The notes beneath the pieces were generated by a model. That model saw only the letters and a list, made by a program, of their open reading frames with translations. It ran no database searches and was not told where the DNA came from. Both the position numbers and the translations under genes were made by a program. Of a stretch of DNA of 64,000 nt, positions 37,484-57,497 are shown piece by piece. The stretch is taken from the NCBI GenBank assembly GCA_051294375.1, contig CM119269.1, forward strand, positions 18,178,410 to 18,242,409, written 5' to 3'. The stretch comes from Paraspadella gotoi. Its lineage: Eukaryota > Animalia > Chaetognatha. Numbering within the stretch: the stretch's first letter is position 1; the number at the start of each line of letters is the position of its first letter.

Positions 37484-40400
37484 TGCGTTAATGATTTATC
37501 AATGCAATCAGTTGCATTCAGTGAATTCTAGAAGCTCTGCGCGCTAATACAGAAATTATTAGACAACATACGAAAAATTGGTAGATGTAGATATAATCGA
37601 TATCATATAGAAATTATAGATACAACGCGATTCAAAGATTATTCCTTCTACATTTAATGATCAGGCAGTGCGAACTAAGAATACAAAATTAACCTCGATC
37701 AATATTCAAGCATTTTTATGTGTTTACTGTGAAAGCCAGCCCGACGCTCGCTCAGCCAAATCTAAAGTGAGTAGTTTTGCGATATTAAATTCCTTTTATT
37801 AATCAATACCTCGACTTTTTTCTTTTTCAGATTTTTAACGTCCAACTCTTTCTCGGTTTTTCGATAAACATAGGGGGAGTTGACGTTGCGGACGGCGTAG
37901 TCCGACGCCACGCGCGCCGCAGAGTCTGCAGTGGCGTCGCGGCGCTGAGTCTGCAGCGCCGGAAAAAGTAAAAGGAGCCCCCCCCAAAAAAAAGAGAGCG
38001 CCAGGCAGTAGAGTGAGAGGGATACCAGGGACGAGAGCGGTGCAGTGATATGAAATGTGGAATAAAATTTAACGAGGCGTCGTGAGAAGTCACAGTGACG
38101 GAAAAATTAAGCAAAGAAGTACGAAAGGACGGAAGACGCCAGGAATAATTCGCGTCGTGAATATGGAGCGTCGGTAAACAAAAAATTCGGCCGAATATCA
38201 CAGATGCATAAAATGCCCATAAAATTTGGGAAAGAAAGAAATGGAGCAAAAAGAGCGAATCCAAATCGGCGGCCGAGAATGAAATCGATCGAAAAGAAAA
38301 ATTCAAAATGGCGGGGGGAAATATAACAGAATGATTAACAGAAATATAAAGAAGAATCAACTTGTGACAGAAGTACCCAAGTCTATTTGGCTTAATTTAA
38401 ATTATTTATTTTGATATAGAGTTTTTTTTTAAATTTCAATCAGTTATGTTTCAATCGAGCCAAAAAATAGTATAATAGGTATTTTGATTTCTCACCCGCT
38501 CGAAAACTTCTTGTTCGTTGTAGGGGTAAACTTGATAGGCGCCTCTAATGTAAGTCGCTAAACATAGAAAAAAAAATACGACTGTTACGAATAGCGATAA
38601 AATTAACTTGAACTAAAATAAAATTTCAATACTTTGAAACCTTTAATTTGACCAAATTTATAACTCATTCTCACCGCCCGGGTAAAGAAGTGGATTGAGG
38701 TTGACGTACGCAACTCCGTGGAAGCAGATGGGTGGACCCTCGTCGCCCTGAGGGGTCAAGGGTTAATAAGTTACATATAGAGTCTATTGAATTGCTTTTA
38801 AAGCCATAAAACATACATATGAGATGATATATGAAATAGCAAAATAACTTGTTTCGCTATTTTATTTGTTTAGATTTCATTATATTTATAATATTTATAT
38901 GGAATGGTTTACTATTTTAATTATTTTTTTGTTTATATTTTTTTTAATTTATTCAAAAAGAAAACAAAGTNNNNNNNNNNTTTCGCTATTTTATTTTTTT
39001 AGATTTCATTATATTTATATGGAATGGTTTACTATTTTAATTATTTTTTTCAAAAAGTAAACAAAGAAACTTTTGTTTTAATAACAGACAAATAAAACGG
39101 ACTTTTTGATATTCTATTTTTTATTTCTGGTAGGGTTATGTTAGTGTTGTTTTCTGGAAATGGGGGAGCATCTATACAACACAAGGTGAAAATACTTTCT
39201 GCCCCAGTAGTTTAGTGAAAATCCTACATCATTTCTGCTGGAAAGTCATTAATGAGAAATCATGATATCTTAAAGGCAATGAATAATTTTTTGAGAGACC
39301 AAGGTTATTCATAATTTTATTTTTACCATACGAGGCAAAATCGTCTATTGTGATGATATTAAAATTGGTAAATTACCTGTTTCACTATTTTATAATATTT
39401 AATGATATTTAAAATATTACTGGTTTATTTCTATTTGTTATTTTTTCTATGTTTTAATATATTTATTTTTATATTTCATTTTTTATTTCTGAAAGGGGGA
39501 TGTTAAGGTTGTTGAGGGGATAATTAAGCCCTACGTGGTCTCAGACACCGAATGGCCCAAACCCGTTTCACCTTTGGTTTTGGCGACGCGCTATCTTTGC
39601 CACCTTTGCCACTTTTTGCACTTTTCGCACTTTTTGCACTCTGATTGCGACTGTGCTTGCCACCTTTACCACCCTGCCGGTGTGCATAATAATTACTTAA
39701 TAGCTATCTATCTCTTCCTAATTCTGTCTTTCTGTCTGTGCCGAACGAAACTCGGTTCATTTCCCCTCGTCGCTGACCTCATCTACTTCACGTCTAACAT
39801 CTCTCTCTCTCTCCTGCTTTCTCCTCTTTTCTCTCTCTCTCTTTTCATCTCTCTCTCTCTTTCCTCCCTCTTCCCTCTCTCTTGCCTCTACCTTATTTTC
39901 CTTTAGTACTTGCTACAGTCGGAGTTTTGAAAACCTCAACGGGCCAATACCGCGAAGCGGTTATCTTTTTTTCCAATCTGAAAAGAAAACATGGAAAAGT
40001 GTCAATTTTCTGACATGAACACCAGATTGCGCTTCTTTTTTTTCCCCAAATTTTATAATTAGACCTTTCAGTATTTTGTGTTTCAAGCTTTCGATATCGT
40101 TTAATTAAACTAAAATCAATAACAACTCCAGATTATATAAAATAATAAACATCATTCTCAAGATTTAAATATGTGATTTAGAACTTTCGATTCACTGAGA
40201 GATAAATTGCCGATAAAGATCCCATTCGACCGCGCTCTCCATTGAATTCACTTTCCCGGTTCACTCTTTCCTCCCCTCCCAATCCTGCGTTTCCTTTCAG
40301 TGCCACTCACGCTTTTATCCCTCCCGGTTCCAGATGGCACCGACGCTCGGCGAACCAGGTGACTCTCGGCTTCGCCGATTCCGCCGCCGCTCGAAACGCT

Positions 40401-40728
40401 TGATCCTCTCTTTGCCGGAAATCTCCTCGGTCCTCGGCGTAGTTCGTTTCCGGCAAAGCGCTGTTCGGTTAAAATATTTACGCACGATGCGGTCTCCACT
40501 GGCGCCCACGAACCATGGCGAATAATTTATCTTTTTTAAAGAATTTTTGAGTATAACTGAATTTAAAGTAAAATAGTGAATGTTCAATTTGGGTAAATCC
40601 TTTCGACGGATAAAAGAGATACGAAAAGTTGATAATTCGCTTTCGCAGCTGAGACCGCACTTTCCTCATTTTTCTCTCTCTTTCTCTCCTTATCATCCAA
40701 TCCATTTTTATCTCACTCTATGTTTCTC

Positions 40729-40769
<41 letters not shown>

Positions 40770-40777
40770 TTCTCTTC

Positions 40778-40809
<32 letters not shown>

Positions 40810-41575
40810 TTTTACTCCCCACCTTCGAAACTCACCTTCCCTGAATGATGGCCGCCTTGCCCTGCGCGTTCGGGCAATTGTTCCACCTCTTGCCCGTCTC
40901 CTTGTCCGCGGCGGCGACGGCGGCCGCCTTCAGAGTTCCGCCGGCGAAAACGATCGTCTTCTCCAACTCCTCCGTCAAGGGGATTCCCAGGGAGGCGGTG
41001 TAGATGAAGGGAGGGCCGTTCACCTGCCAAGAGTCTTGAAGGTGGACGGAGAGGTGGGGGATTTAGAATGTTGGGTCGGTTTGTGAGCCAGATGGATGAT
41101 TTAGAAAGCCCTAGCTGATGTCTATACTATAGACCCGGCGACAGAGTTGGGGGGATCTGATCTCTGAAGAACAACTCGAGTCAAACTAAAGAGGGGATTA
41201 AAGACAGAATAGAAAGATGAGAGATATAGAGAAGATTTAAAATTAGGGGTTTTAAATCCCCCCGGCAAACCACCACCATCAAACTAACCCGGGGTGGAAT
41301 ACAGCGCCCCGACGTCGACTGAGAGCAAATTGCACTCATCGACGCGAGATTGCGGCATCAAAGGCTCCGGCGAGTAAAGGCTCAGCTCCATCTCCGCCCG
41401 CGGCCAGTCCGCGTGATCGAGCGGTGATCCAGGAATCGGGTGCAGGTTGACGAGCATGTTGAGCTGACTTTCGCCTGGGGTGAGGGAAGATGGAAGGGAA
41501 GCTTCTAAATCTATACTGACAAGAGTAGAGGTCAATCCGATAATTGAAAGCCCCAGATGAGAGCAATCGATTCGC

Positions 41576-41648
<73 letters not shown>

Positions 41649-44560
41649 CTTTACCTTGCAGAAGAGGCAAAAGATCGAGAGTGTATTGAGCCAAAGGATG
41701 AGTTTTCTCCTCTTTCGCTTTTTTGTCTTTCGGCAAAATCTCGATGACGGTGACTAATTAAGAAATAAGGAAATGAAGGTGAACGAAAGATTAAGTTACA
41801 GGATGCACCATTGAAGCGATTTACAGTCTCGTAGAAAGACTTATTCGAACTACCTAATTCCTTATGTTATGAACAAAATTCTTGCTCCGTGATCGAACGA
41901 ACATCGGCTTTCTGTACCATGACTGTTGAGTGTTGATGATCAGAAAGATTGCAAAGCCAATAAAAGTAAAAATCAGTCTGTGAGTAGATTGAAAGGGTGA
42001 CAAAATTTTATATCATCGACATACCACCGTCATGGTATTTGAGCTGGGTTAAATTTTTTTATTCAAAAAAGATGTATTCAAACTCGGTTTTGTTACTAGA
42101 CTGCATATTTTTTTCTACGAGACTGTACATCGCGTCATAACAATTATGATTTCTGCTCCAAAAAAATAGGACATATGTCACAGAGTCTTTAACTTTTTCC
42201 TCTCGTATTTCTTTTCCGCTGACCCGTTTTCTTTTCAGTCGTCTTTTCAATAATAATCAATCCAAAGGGCAACTTGGTCGCCTTTTAGACCGAAGAAAAT
42301 CCGAACGCTCTCGCAAGATGGCGAAGATTTAGGAAACGTAAAATGTTCCGCTTTCTCAACGCATTGACGATAATGCCGTCAATGAATTAACCACTCCTCC
42401 CCCCCATTTGATTGTCCATCAGTCAATACGAAAAATCGATAGGCTCAACTCGTTAAGCGATCGATAAGACTTGGTTCCAGGGTTCCACCCTCCGACGCGC
42501 AAACCTAGAATGGGTTTGTGAGCGAGTTCGTCCATGACTTCGGCGTCGTTCCTGTTGCACTGAAGAGTCGAGGTAAAATCGAATTCTACGGTCGGATTCG
42601 ACGCCGCCACTTCGATCTATGGGTGGAGAGAGTGAATTAGTGAGTTTTCGTTGTGAAAGATGCGGGGAGAGCTCGCTATTGTGAGAGTAACGAATATCGA
42701 TAAAAACATTGACGTTTTTCAAGCTCTCTTGATCTCGCCCGTATCGCTAAGTGGAATCAACTGTTCTCCATAATCCAATGCTTTTCATACAATTGAAACT
42801 TTCTTTAAAATATTATGCCACTTGATTGATAGGGAAGCCAGGGAGTGAATAAACGAGACTGTGAGAGAGTCTTGATCAAAAGCTTGCAGGGACCTGCTAT
42901 GTCATTATCTCGTAAGAGTGATGGAGGCCTTAAACCACCAAAGCCTGTCAAAAGTCAGGAGAAAGATAGCTTATTTATTAAATGTATGGATAATTTTGAT
43001 ATTGGTTGTACCAATTTCATACCAATGAAACGTCCTTCCTTCCTTTTTGTCACTCCAAATCCAATCACAACTGATCGGTGGATGTCGAAATTTTCTTTTT
43101 CAATTATTCGTGTCAGTTTAATATTTTTTACCCTGCCATCGCCCTCTCTCCACTCACCACACCACACCAACCTGATCCGACTCTCCAAGCAGCTTGTCTC
43201 CAAACTCTGCCCGCACAAAGATGACGAGGTGCTCTCCCTTCGCTCCGCGCTGGTAAGGTCAAAAAGAAAATATAAATGAACTAAGTTGCGTGGAAAGGAC
43301 CGAAGAACGACTCTTTCGTTGAGGTGACAGTCGAGAACATACATATTACGACATGTAAAATTAAATATAAAATATAACTACGGCTAACATTGAAGAAACG
43401 ATTTTATTTCGTATTGCGTTCGCAATATCGACAACATTGGAAAATTTATCGCTCGGGCGGATTTTCAATAAAAAGAAGCGGCAATCAAGGGAAAGGCTCA
43501 TGGGAGATAACATAGATAACAGGGAGACAATGAAGACGCTCGAAAGATTATATTTTAATAGGAGAATATCAGATATCGAAGCCTTAAAAATCTTTTCTAT
43601 GTAAATTACTTTTGTGGCGTAATTACGATTTCTGCGCACACTTCAGAAAATAAATTAGTCGTCTTACTAAAAACCTATAACGCAAAAGAATGGTTTATCA
43701 AATTTCAAATAACGGTGGCATGCTTCAAAATGAAAGTCAGTTTTACTTCGCTGAAAAAAAAAACTGATTCTCATGAACTAAGCCGAAGGACGAGACTGAT
43801 TTTTGAAAGAAATTGTCAATATTTGGTTTTTGCTAATTGCCCTTTTCGAAAAAAAAAAAAAAAATTCAAATCGAAATTTATCAAGGGAAATGACAAAAAC
43901 AAGATAAAGGGTGGGCACGTGAATTTCAACTGTTTTTTCGATGAGAAAATTTTTGTTTTTTTGTTTCTTTGTTTTTGTGATTTTTTTTTCTGGTTTTTTT
44001 TTTTGAGGAAGGAGATTTTGATAGATTAAAAGCGAGTTCATATAAAACAAACGACGAGACGCGGTGATTAGATTGAGATAAAAGCTGAACTAGTTTATAC
44101 CCAAGTTGTTACAAACGTATTAGTTTAATGTATTACGGGAAAAAATGTAATATACTTTTCCGCCTTTTATATAATATCGAATTTAAAAGTTATCAGTTGA
44201 TATAAGGAAGAAAAAAAAATAACAAAAACAGAAAAGTAAAATATTTAACTATTACGAAGAACTGTCAGCGAAACTTAAATTCGAATACTATTTCTACTCA
44301 TAAATTTACGATGAAGACTAATACAACGGAAAAAAAAAGAACTATGTACATGAAAAAAAGATCTACGAAAAAAAAAGATCATATGTAATTTTTACCTTCA
44401 TTACAACGCGGTTATAACTAAAATTCTAAAATGAAAACGTCGCGAAGGAATGGGTTAGATATATTGTTATATGCAACTTACCCCCCGAAAAACTTACCAA
44501 ATTAGAGATGGAGCTTATGGAGAGCGTCACGGGAACCATATCCTTTTCCGTCGCCATCAT
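26934..44560 (-). CDS. CFAP70: Cilia- and flagella-associated protein 70 (TTC18), TPR-containing, about 28 exons
   Basis: Exons are collinear with CFAP70 as recalled: MMATEKD... (44560); [24 protein letters not shown]; DELAHKPIL; [14 protein letters not shown]...DLLPLLQG; LHPIPGSPL; YWPVEV; [16 protein letters not shown]; [29 protein letters not shown]; [12 protein letters not shown]; [29 protein letters not shown]; GFGDPSM* (26934). Several exons (e.g. 35530-35725) carry indels. Confidence 0.95.
27648..29213. mobile_element. Non-autonomous TIR DNA transposon (Kolobok-like termini) in a CFAP70 intron
   Basis: Left end ttaa|AGGCAGTGATTTCTATCG; right end CGAATAGAAATCACTGCCT|aaaa (inverted repeat). 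Internal near-perfect palindrome at 28341-28387. No transposase ORF. A related shorter copy lies at ~49619-50005. Confidence 0.7.
29685..29796 (+). mobile_element. Helentron/HINE-like 3' end remnant
   Basis: A degenerate (GACC/GACA)n tract is followed by aaaagtgacttatag...gcaCCGCGattactCGCGGcgcaact. The same end recurs at 47154-47201. Confidence 0.55.
39040..39420. repeat. Dispersed repeat family R2
   Basis: gtgttgttttctggaaatgggggagcatctatacaacacaaggt...aaagtcattaatga and aaattacctgtttcactatttt recur at 58395-58670. Confidence 0.75.
42783..42930. repeat. Dispersed repeat family R3
   Basis: ttcatacaattgaaa...tgatagggaag...gaataaacgagactgtgag...gctatgtcattat recurs at 52820-52940 and partly at 46400-46495. 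Confidence 0.75.
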
Positions 44561-44857
44561 TTTAGATTTGTTAAATGTTTTTTAAAAAAGAATTGTATAT
44601 CACCAATCCGGTCGAACGAAAAATAAGACAAAAATAATCTTCTCTCGGTAAATTTGTTCAGTGTTATTTTGTTTAATTGAACATCATTTTCCTATTTGGT
44701 TGAAAAAATTCGATTCAATGATGCCTAAAGGGAAAAAATACGAATATTAAATATTAACAATAAACTTCAGAATAGATGCAGTTACAATTACTTTCTACTT
44801 AGAAGCTTCTTAATTCAGTTTGATTTTAGTTAGATTTTCACTAGCCATTGTTTTTCT

Positions 44858-44898
44858 GTTTCCAAGGAGATATTTATTTTCTCAAGTTGCCCCAGATG
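44858..44898. promoter_or_regulatory. X-box-like motifs upstream of CFAP70
   Basis: GTTTCCAAGGAGAT (44858-44871) and a weaker GTTGCCCCAGATG (44886-44898), about 300 bp upstream of the ATG. Confidence 0.45.
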
Positions 44899-45269
44899 TC
44901 CCGCCGATAGAGAAATAAAAGACTTCGGCTTATTTTTATATAAAAAAAAAATCGCTTTTTCTAATTCCAATTTCTAAATTCTATTTTTTTCTTTTATTTT
45001 CAATTATTCCCAATCTATAAAAATTCATATTGCCACCTCTTCTATGGTATCTAATGCTTTAAAAACTTAGGGCAAACCACAAAGAGAACCTTTAAAATAA
45101 ATGACAAAATTTATTTAGTGTTTATCATAACAAAAATTCCAATATCGCTTAAATGTGATTACAAAAATAAGGCAAAATTTCGATAAAAAGTCAGTAAATG
45201 TAGTGAATAATTAACACATAAAGTAATCATTAATGTTGTGATGGCTTATTAGATTACACGTTGCCGTTG

Positions 45270-53254
<7,985 letters not shown>

Positions 53255-54995
53255 CCTCGGGAGAAGATCGTCGAGGTGTGTTGCGCGGGAGAGAGGTTAA
53301 AGGGTGTCGACGAGAGAGAGAGAGAGAGAGAGATGAGAGAGAAGAAGAGAGAGAGTGAGGAGAAGAAATCGAGAGAGAGACGAGAGAGAGAGATGAGAAG
53401 AGAACACCGAAAAAATCTTTTACACTAATCCGCCTAAAGCGAAACAGTTTCCCATATACATAGTTCATTTTTCGTCATAGTAACGAACGAAAAGTTTATT
53501 TTCTCGCAGATAATAAAAGTGGAGCGAAAGGCCCTTGGAGTGGACAGGCGACTACGACTACGGCGATGACGAGGATCACGATGACAGCGACGACGAAAAC
53601 GACGACTAATCAATTGACGACGCAATTCAGGTTTTTTTTTTTTTTTCGTGGCGACCAACAAAGAGAATAGTCGCAGCTGAGAGTCGCTCTTCAATTAGAA
53701 TTAAAGATTCCCCGTCTATACGCGTATGTCTGAAGAGAGTACGAGTACGGTAGTAAGCCTAAGGAAATTCTGATCGAATCGTTGCGACCTTTTCATCATT
53801 TTTTCCCCCCCTTTTTCTCCTCATCACAAAATCATGAGATTAGTGTATCGTCGTGTCATTTCTGTCATATCCTATCACTCTTTGTTTCTGTAGAAAGGAA
53901 TTCCCATTTTATTCTTAAGTTCCGCCCTAGATTTTTTGATCCCTTGATTTACGACGTCGCGAACACGAGACGAGTAAACCGGTTGTGGGGAAATGTAAAA
54001 AAAAAGAGGAGAGGTAAGGCGGAGGAAGAAGCGAAATTAAGGGCAAAGGCAAATGCAAGGGCAAGGGCCGTGGCAAACTTGAAGTAAACGAAATAAAAAC
54101 TAATATTCTAATATGTTTTAACTAGGAAAATTTAAAAATTATCTCGCCTTGTATTACGAAAAAAAGAAGAAAAAAAAGAAAAGATAAAAAAGAAAATAAA
54201 AGAAATATACCGTCAATGTAAATGTTCCTTAGGTTAGTTTTATTTTTAGACGAACACATTTTTAATTTCTTTTAAAGAAAGAAAAAAACTAAAAAAAAAA
54301 GGTTAATCCCTAGGGAATTCGATTATTCAAGGATGTAAGTACAAGAAAAAAACAATATCAATATCAAATTGGAAATCGAACATGGCAATTTAATCGGGTA
54401 CATATTAAATAGTTTTGACAAATTGTTTCGTAATAATTCACGCTCGACTAAATTTGCTTCGAAACGATTCCCCCTTCACGGAAAGATTTGAGAGGAAAAA
54501 GACTTAAGATTCGACGTTGACAATTGTCAAAGCGCACTCTTCCGTTTCATTTGTTTCGAATGAACAATCACTGTCGGTTAGAGGGCGCTTATCTTGCTCT
54601 TTTTTTATATTTTGAATTAAAGCCCGGTTACAAATATGGTACTAACTTAAAACGAAATACCTTCTTTTTAAACTTTAACTTTCAAAAAATCCAAATACTG
54701 ACGAGTGACAACTTCAGGCAGTACTTTTGGAAGGCCATATTCATATGATTTTTAAAGTTGTTTTTTTCTTCAATTCGAATTACCTTGGCCAAGTCATCTG
54801 TAAAGATTTGAGGTCGCTCTCTTTATCGTTGTAAGAAATGTCAATCCAGAATCTCTGATTGTTTGAGATAAGATAAAATTAAAATTCTTTCGAACTTTGA
54901 TGCCTTCTCTTCCTTGTTCCGTGAAACAACGACACGTTTATCTCTGTTGTATTATAAAACAAAACCAAAAAAAACGAAACAAAGCAGAACCAAAG

Positions 54996-57466
54996 ATGCC
55001 GATTCCGGTGAGACAAATATTGTACATGTCGACTGTCTATCACTGAATACAAAAAAAAAACTATCCATCAATTATTAACCCGAAAGCTAACCCATTAGTT
55101 AAATCAATCATTAAATCAATAATCATTAAATCAATCATTAAATCAATCAATCATCAATCAATCGATTAATCGATTAAATTCCCCAGGGAGCTGAGAAGCA
55201 GGAGTACCTTTACAAAATCCTCGTGATCGGAGAGTTGGGAACTGGAAAGACGTCGATCATCAAACGCTACGTCCACCAGTTCTTCTCTCAACACTACCGC
55301 GCCACCATCGGCGTAGATTTCGCCCTCAAGGTCAGGAATCCGGACGGGAAATGAGAGAGAATTGGAGTTCAAAATTGTTTTGTGTGGGTGAAAAAGAGAT
55401 GTGGTTAACGATCTTGATATAGATCGGTGAAATGTACGAGGAAATTGAGAAATGAGAAAGAATATGAGGTGCACGATTTACTTGAATGCTTTGTTGAATT
55501 AGTTCATTTGTTGCAAGACTGAAGCTTTAAATATTGTTAATATAAGACAAATGACAAAAAAAAGAATTTAGAAAGGAGGTGGATTGTTTTAAAAACGGTT
55601 TCTGTAGAGCTTAAAGTTAAATGAAAAGTTAGCTATATCATTTATTCAAATTTATAACAAATAATTGGTTAAAAATAGAAAAAACAATGTAAAGAAAGTA
55701 CATACCTCCATCATCGATTATTGAGGCTCGGAATTATGTAGTTTTTATAAAATAGTTTTTTATTAAAATAAACAAAAGATAAAATTTTTATTAAAAGACA
55801 GTGTAATTAATGAACCATTTATCATAAGCTTGATTATGTAAGCTCTATCAGAATCTATAAAAAATATTGAATAAGCAAAGTTTTAAAAACTTTTAGGTTT
55901 CTCAACCTGTTTTCGGAAGAGGAGAGGAGGAAATCCCTTAACTAAATATATAGTAATGCGGCGGCCACAAGTTGAACACTTTTGTTAAACTTCTTAGTTC
56001 TCGTTAAAAGAATATTTTTTCCTCTTTAACTACTAAATCGTTTTAATGTAACTTTTTTTTGAATTAGTTCATTGCGGTTGTTGCACCTGGTAGCTTTTTG
56101 AATTTTATAATATATAATAATTTATATCAAAGTTTTGAGGAATTGTGCCAGTTGAAATTGAGTTTAAGATGAAAAAGACTTGAATTCTCCGGTTAATGGA
56201 ATTAATATATTATATAAATGTTTTAATTAAATTAATTAATTAATTAATGGTGATAAAAATGATTGCCAGTTAAAAATCCTTTAAGAAGCAGATAAAGATG
56301 TCACAATTGTATAAAAGAGGAATAGGACGAGAGACCGAGTCCAGAGAGAGAGAGCCAGCAGGGAGATGTGAGAGAGAGAAAGAGGAAGGAGAGAAACATT
56401 TATTATAAATAAAAATAGAGGATATTGTTAGTTTGTATTTGATAAAATGGTAAAAACAAAACAATTTATAACTGTCGCTCAACCAGCAATTTTATAAGGA
56501 CAAATCGATGAATGATAAGTTGAATATAAATTTAATATTATAATAATAAAGTGATTTATATTACTATTTAATTGAATTATATATATTAAGATATGAGCAG
56601 ATTCTGTATTATTAATACGTAAGGCAATTAAGGTACGCATTAAGCGTTTTGCTCAAACTTAATTCTATTTTATTTAGAGGGTTAGTGAAAAAGAACCAGA
56701 CCTGTATCCATGGATAAATACCCATGTCGAACCGCGCAGGAGAATATCCCGACCTTTGTTAAAAGAAATTAAAGTCTTATTATTCGAAAAACTACATAGC
56801 TATAAATTGAATAATATCCCAAAAATGGATACGAAATATTATCATTAGTGCGATTTTTTTTAAACTCATCAATCTGGCTTTTTTTTTGGGTTCCTAGATG
56901 GTTTAAGGGGGAGGGCGAACTTTCGTTCAATCGTAGGATTCGAGAAGTCTCGCAATCTCCAACCTCTATTTTTTATATAAAAAAACGAAATTTTTTATTA
57001 CGCTTTTTGCTGCGGAACAAGCAGACTGGGCGAGCTTTTGATCGTGCATCTAGAGATCGACCCGGATTCGCCATCTCGCCAGAATAATCTCTCTTCTTTT
57101 TTATATAAGTAAAAAAAAAATTAATTTTTACAAGCTTTTTGTGCGCGCGCCAGTGAGCGCCACAACGTGTCACAAAATAATTTTTTGATTTGTCTTTGCG
57201 AATTCCCATATTTAAACCCCCGCACTTAAAAGCACCAGCCTTCCCATATTTAACCAAAAAAAATCACTATTTTTTTTTAAAAAAACATGAAATATGAAAG
57301 GATTCGAACTTGAAATCTAGATCTCGTGGTATTGGAGAAATAAGGTAAGAATTTTAACTTACATTTGGTTGGAGAGTAAGAACGTAAGATAAATTGGTGG
57401 GGGAAGAAAGAAAGTATAGAAAGGAAAGAATAAGGAAAGGAACCAAGAAAGAAGAAAGAAAGAAAA

Positions 57467-57497
<31 letters not shown>

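Noticed and set aside
38852-39067. Near-duplicate ~90-120 bp sequence either side of a 10-N gap
   Set aside because: Typical unmerged contig overlap or haplotype duplication artefact.
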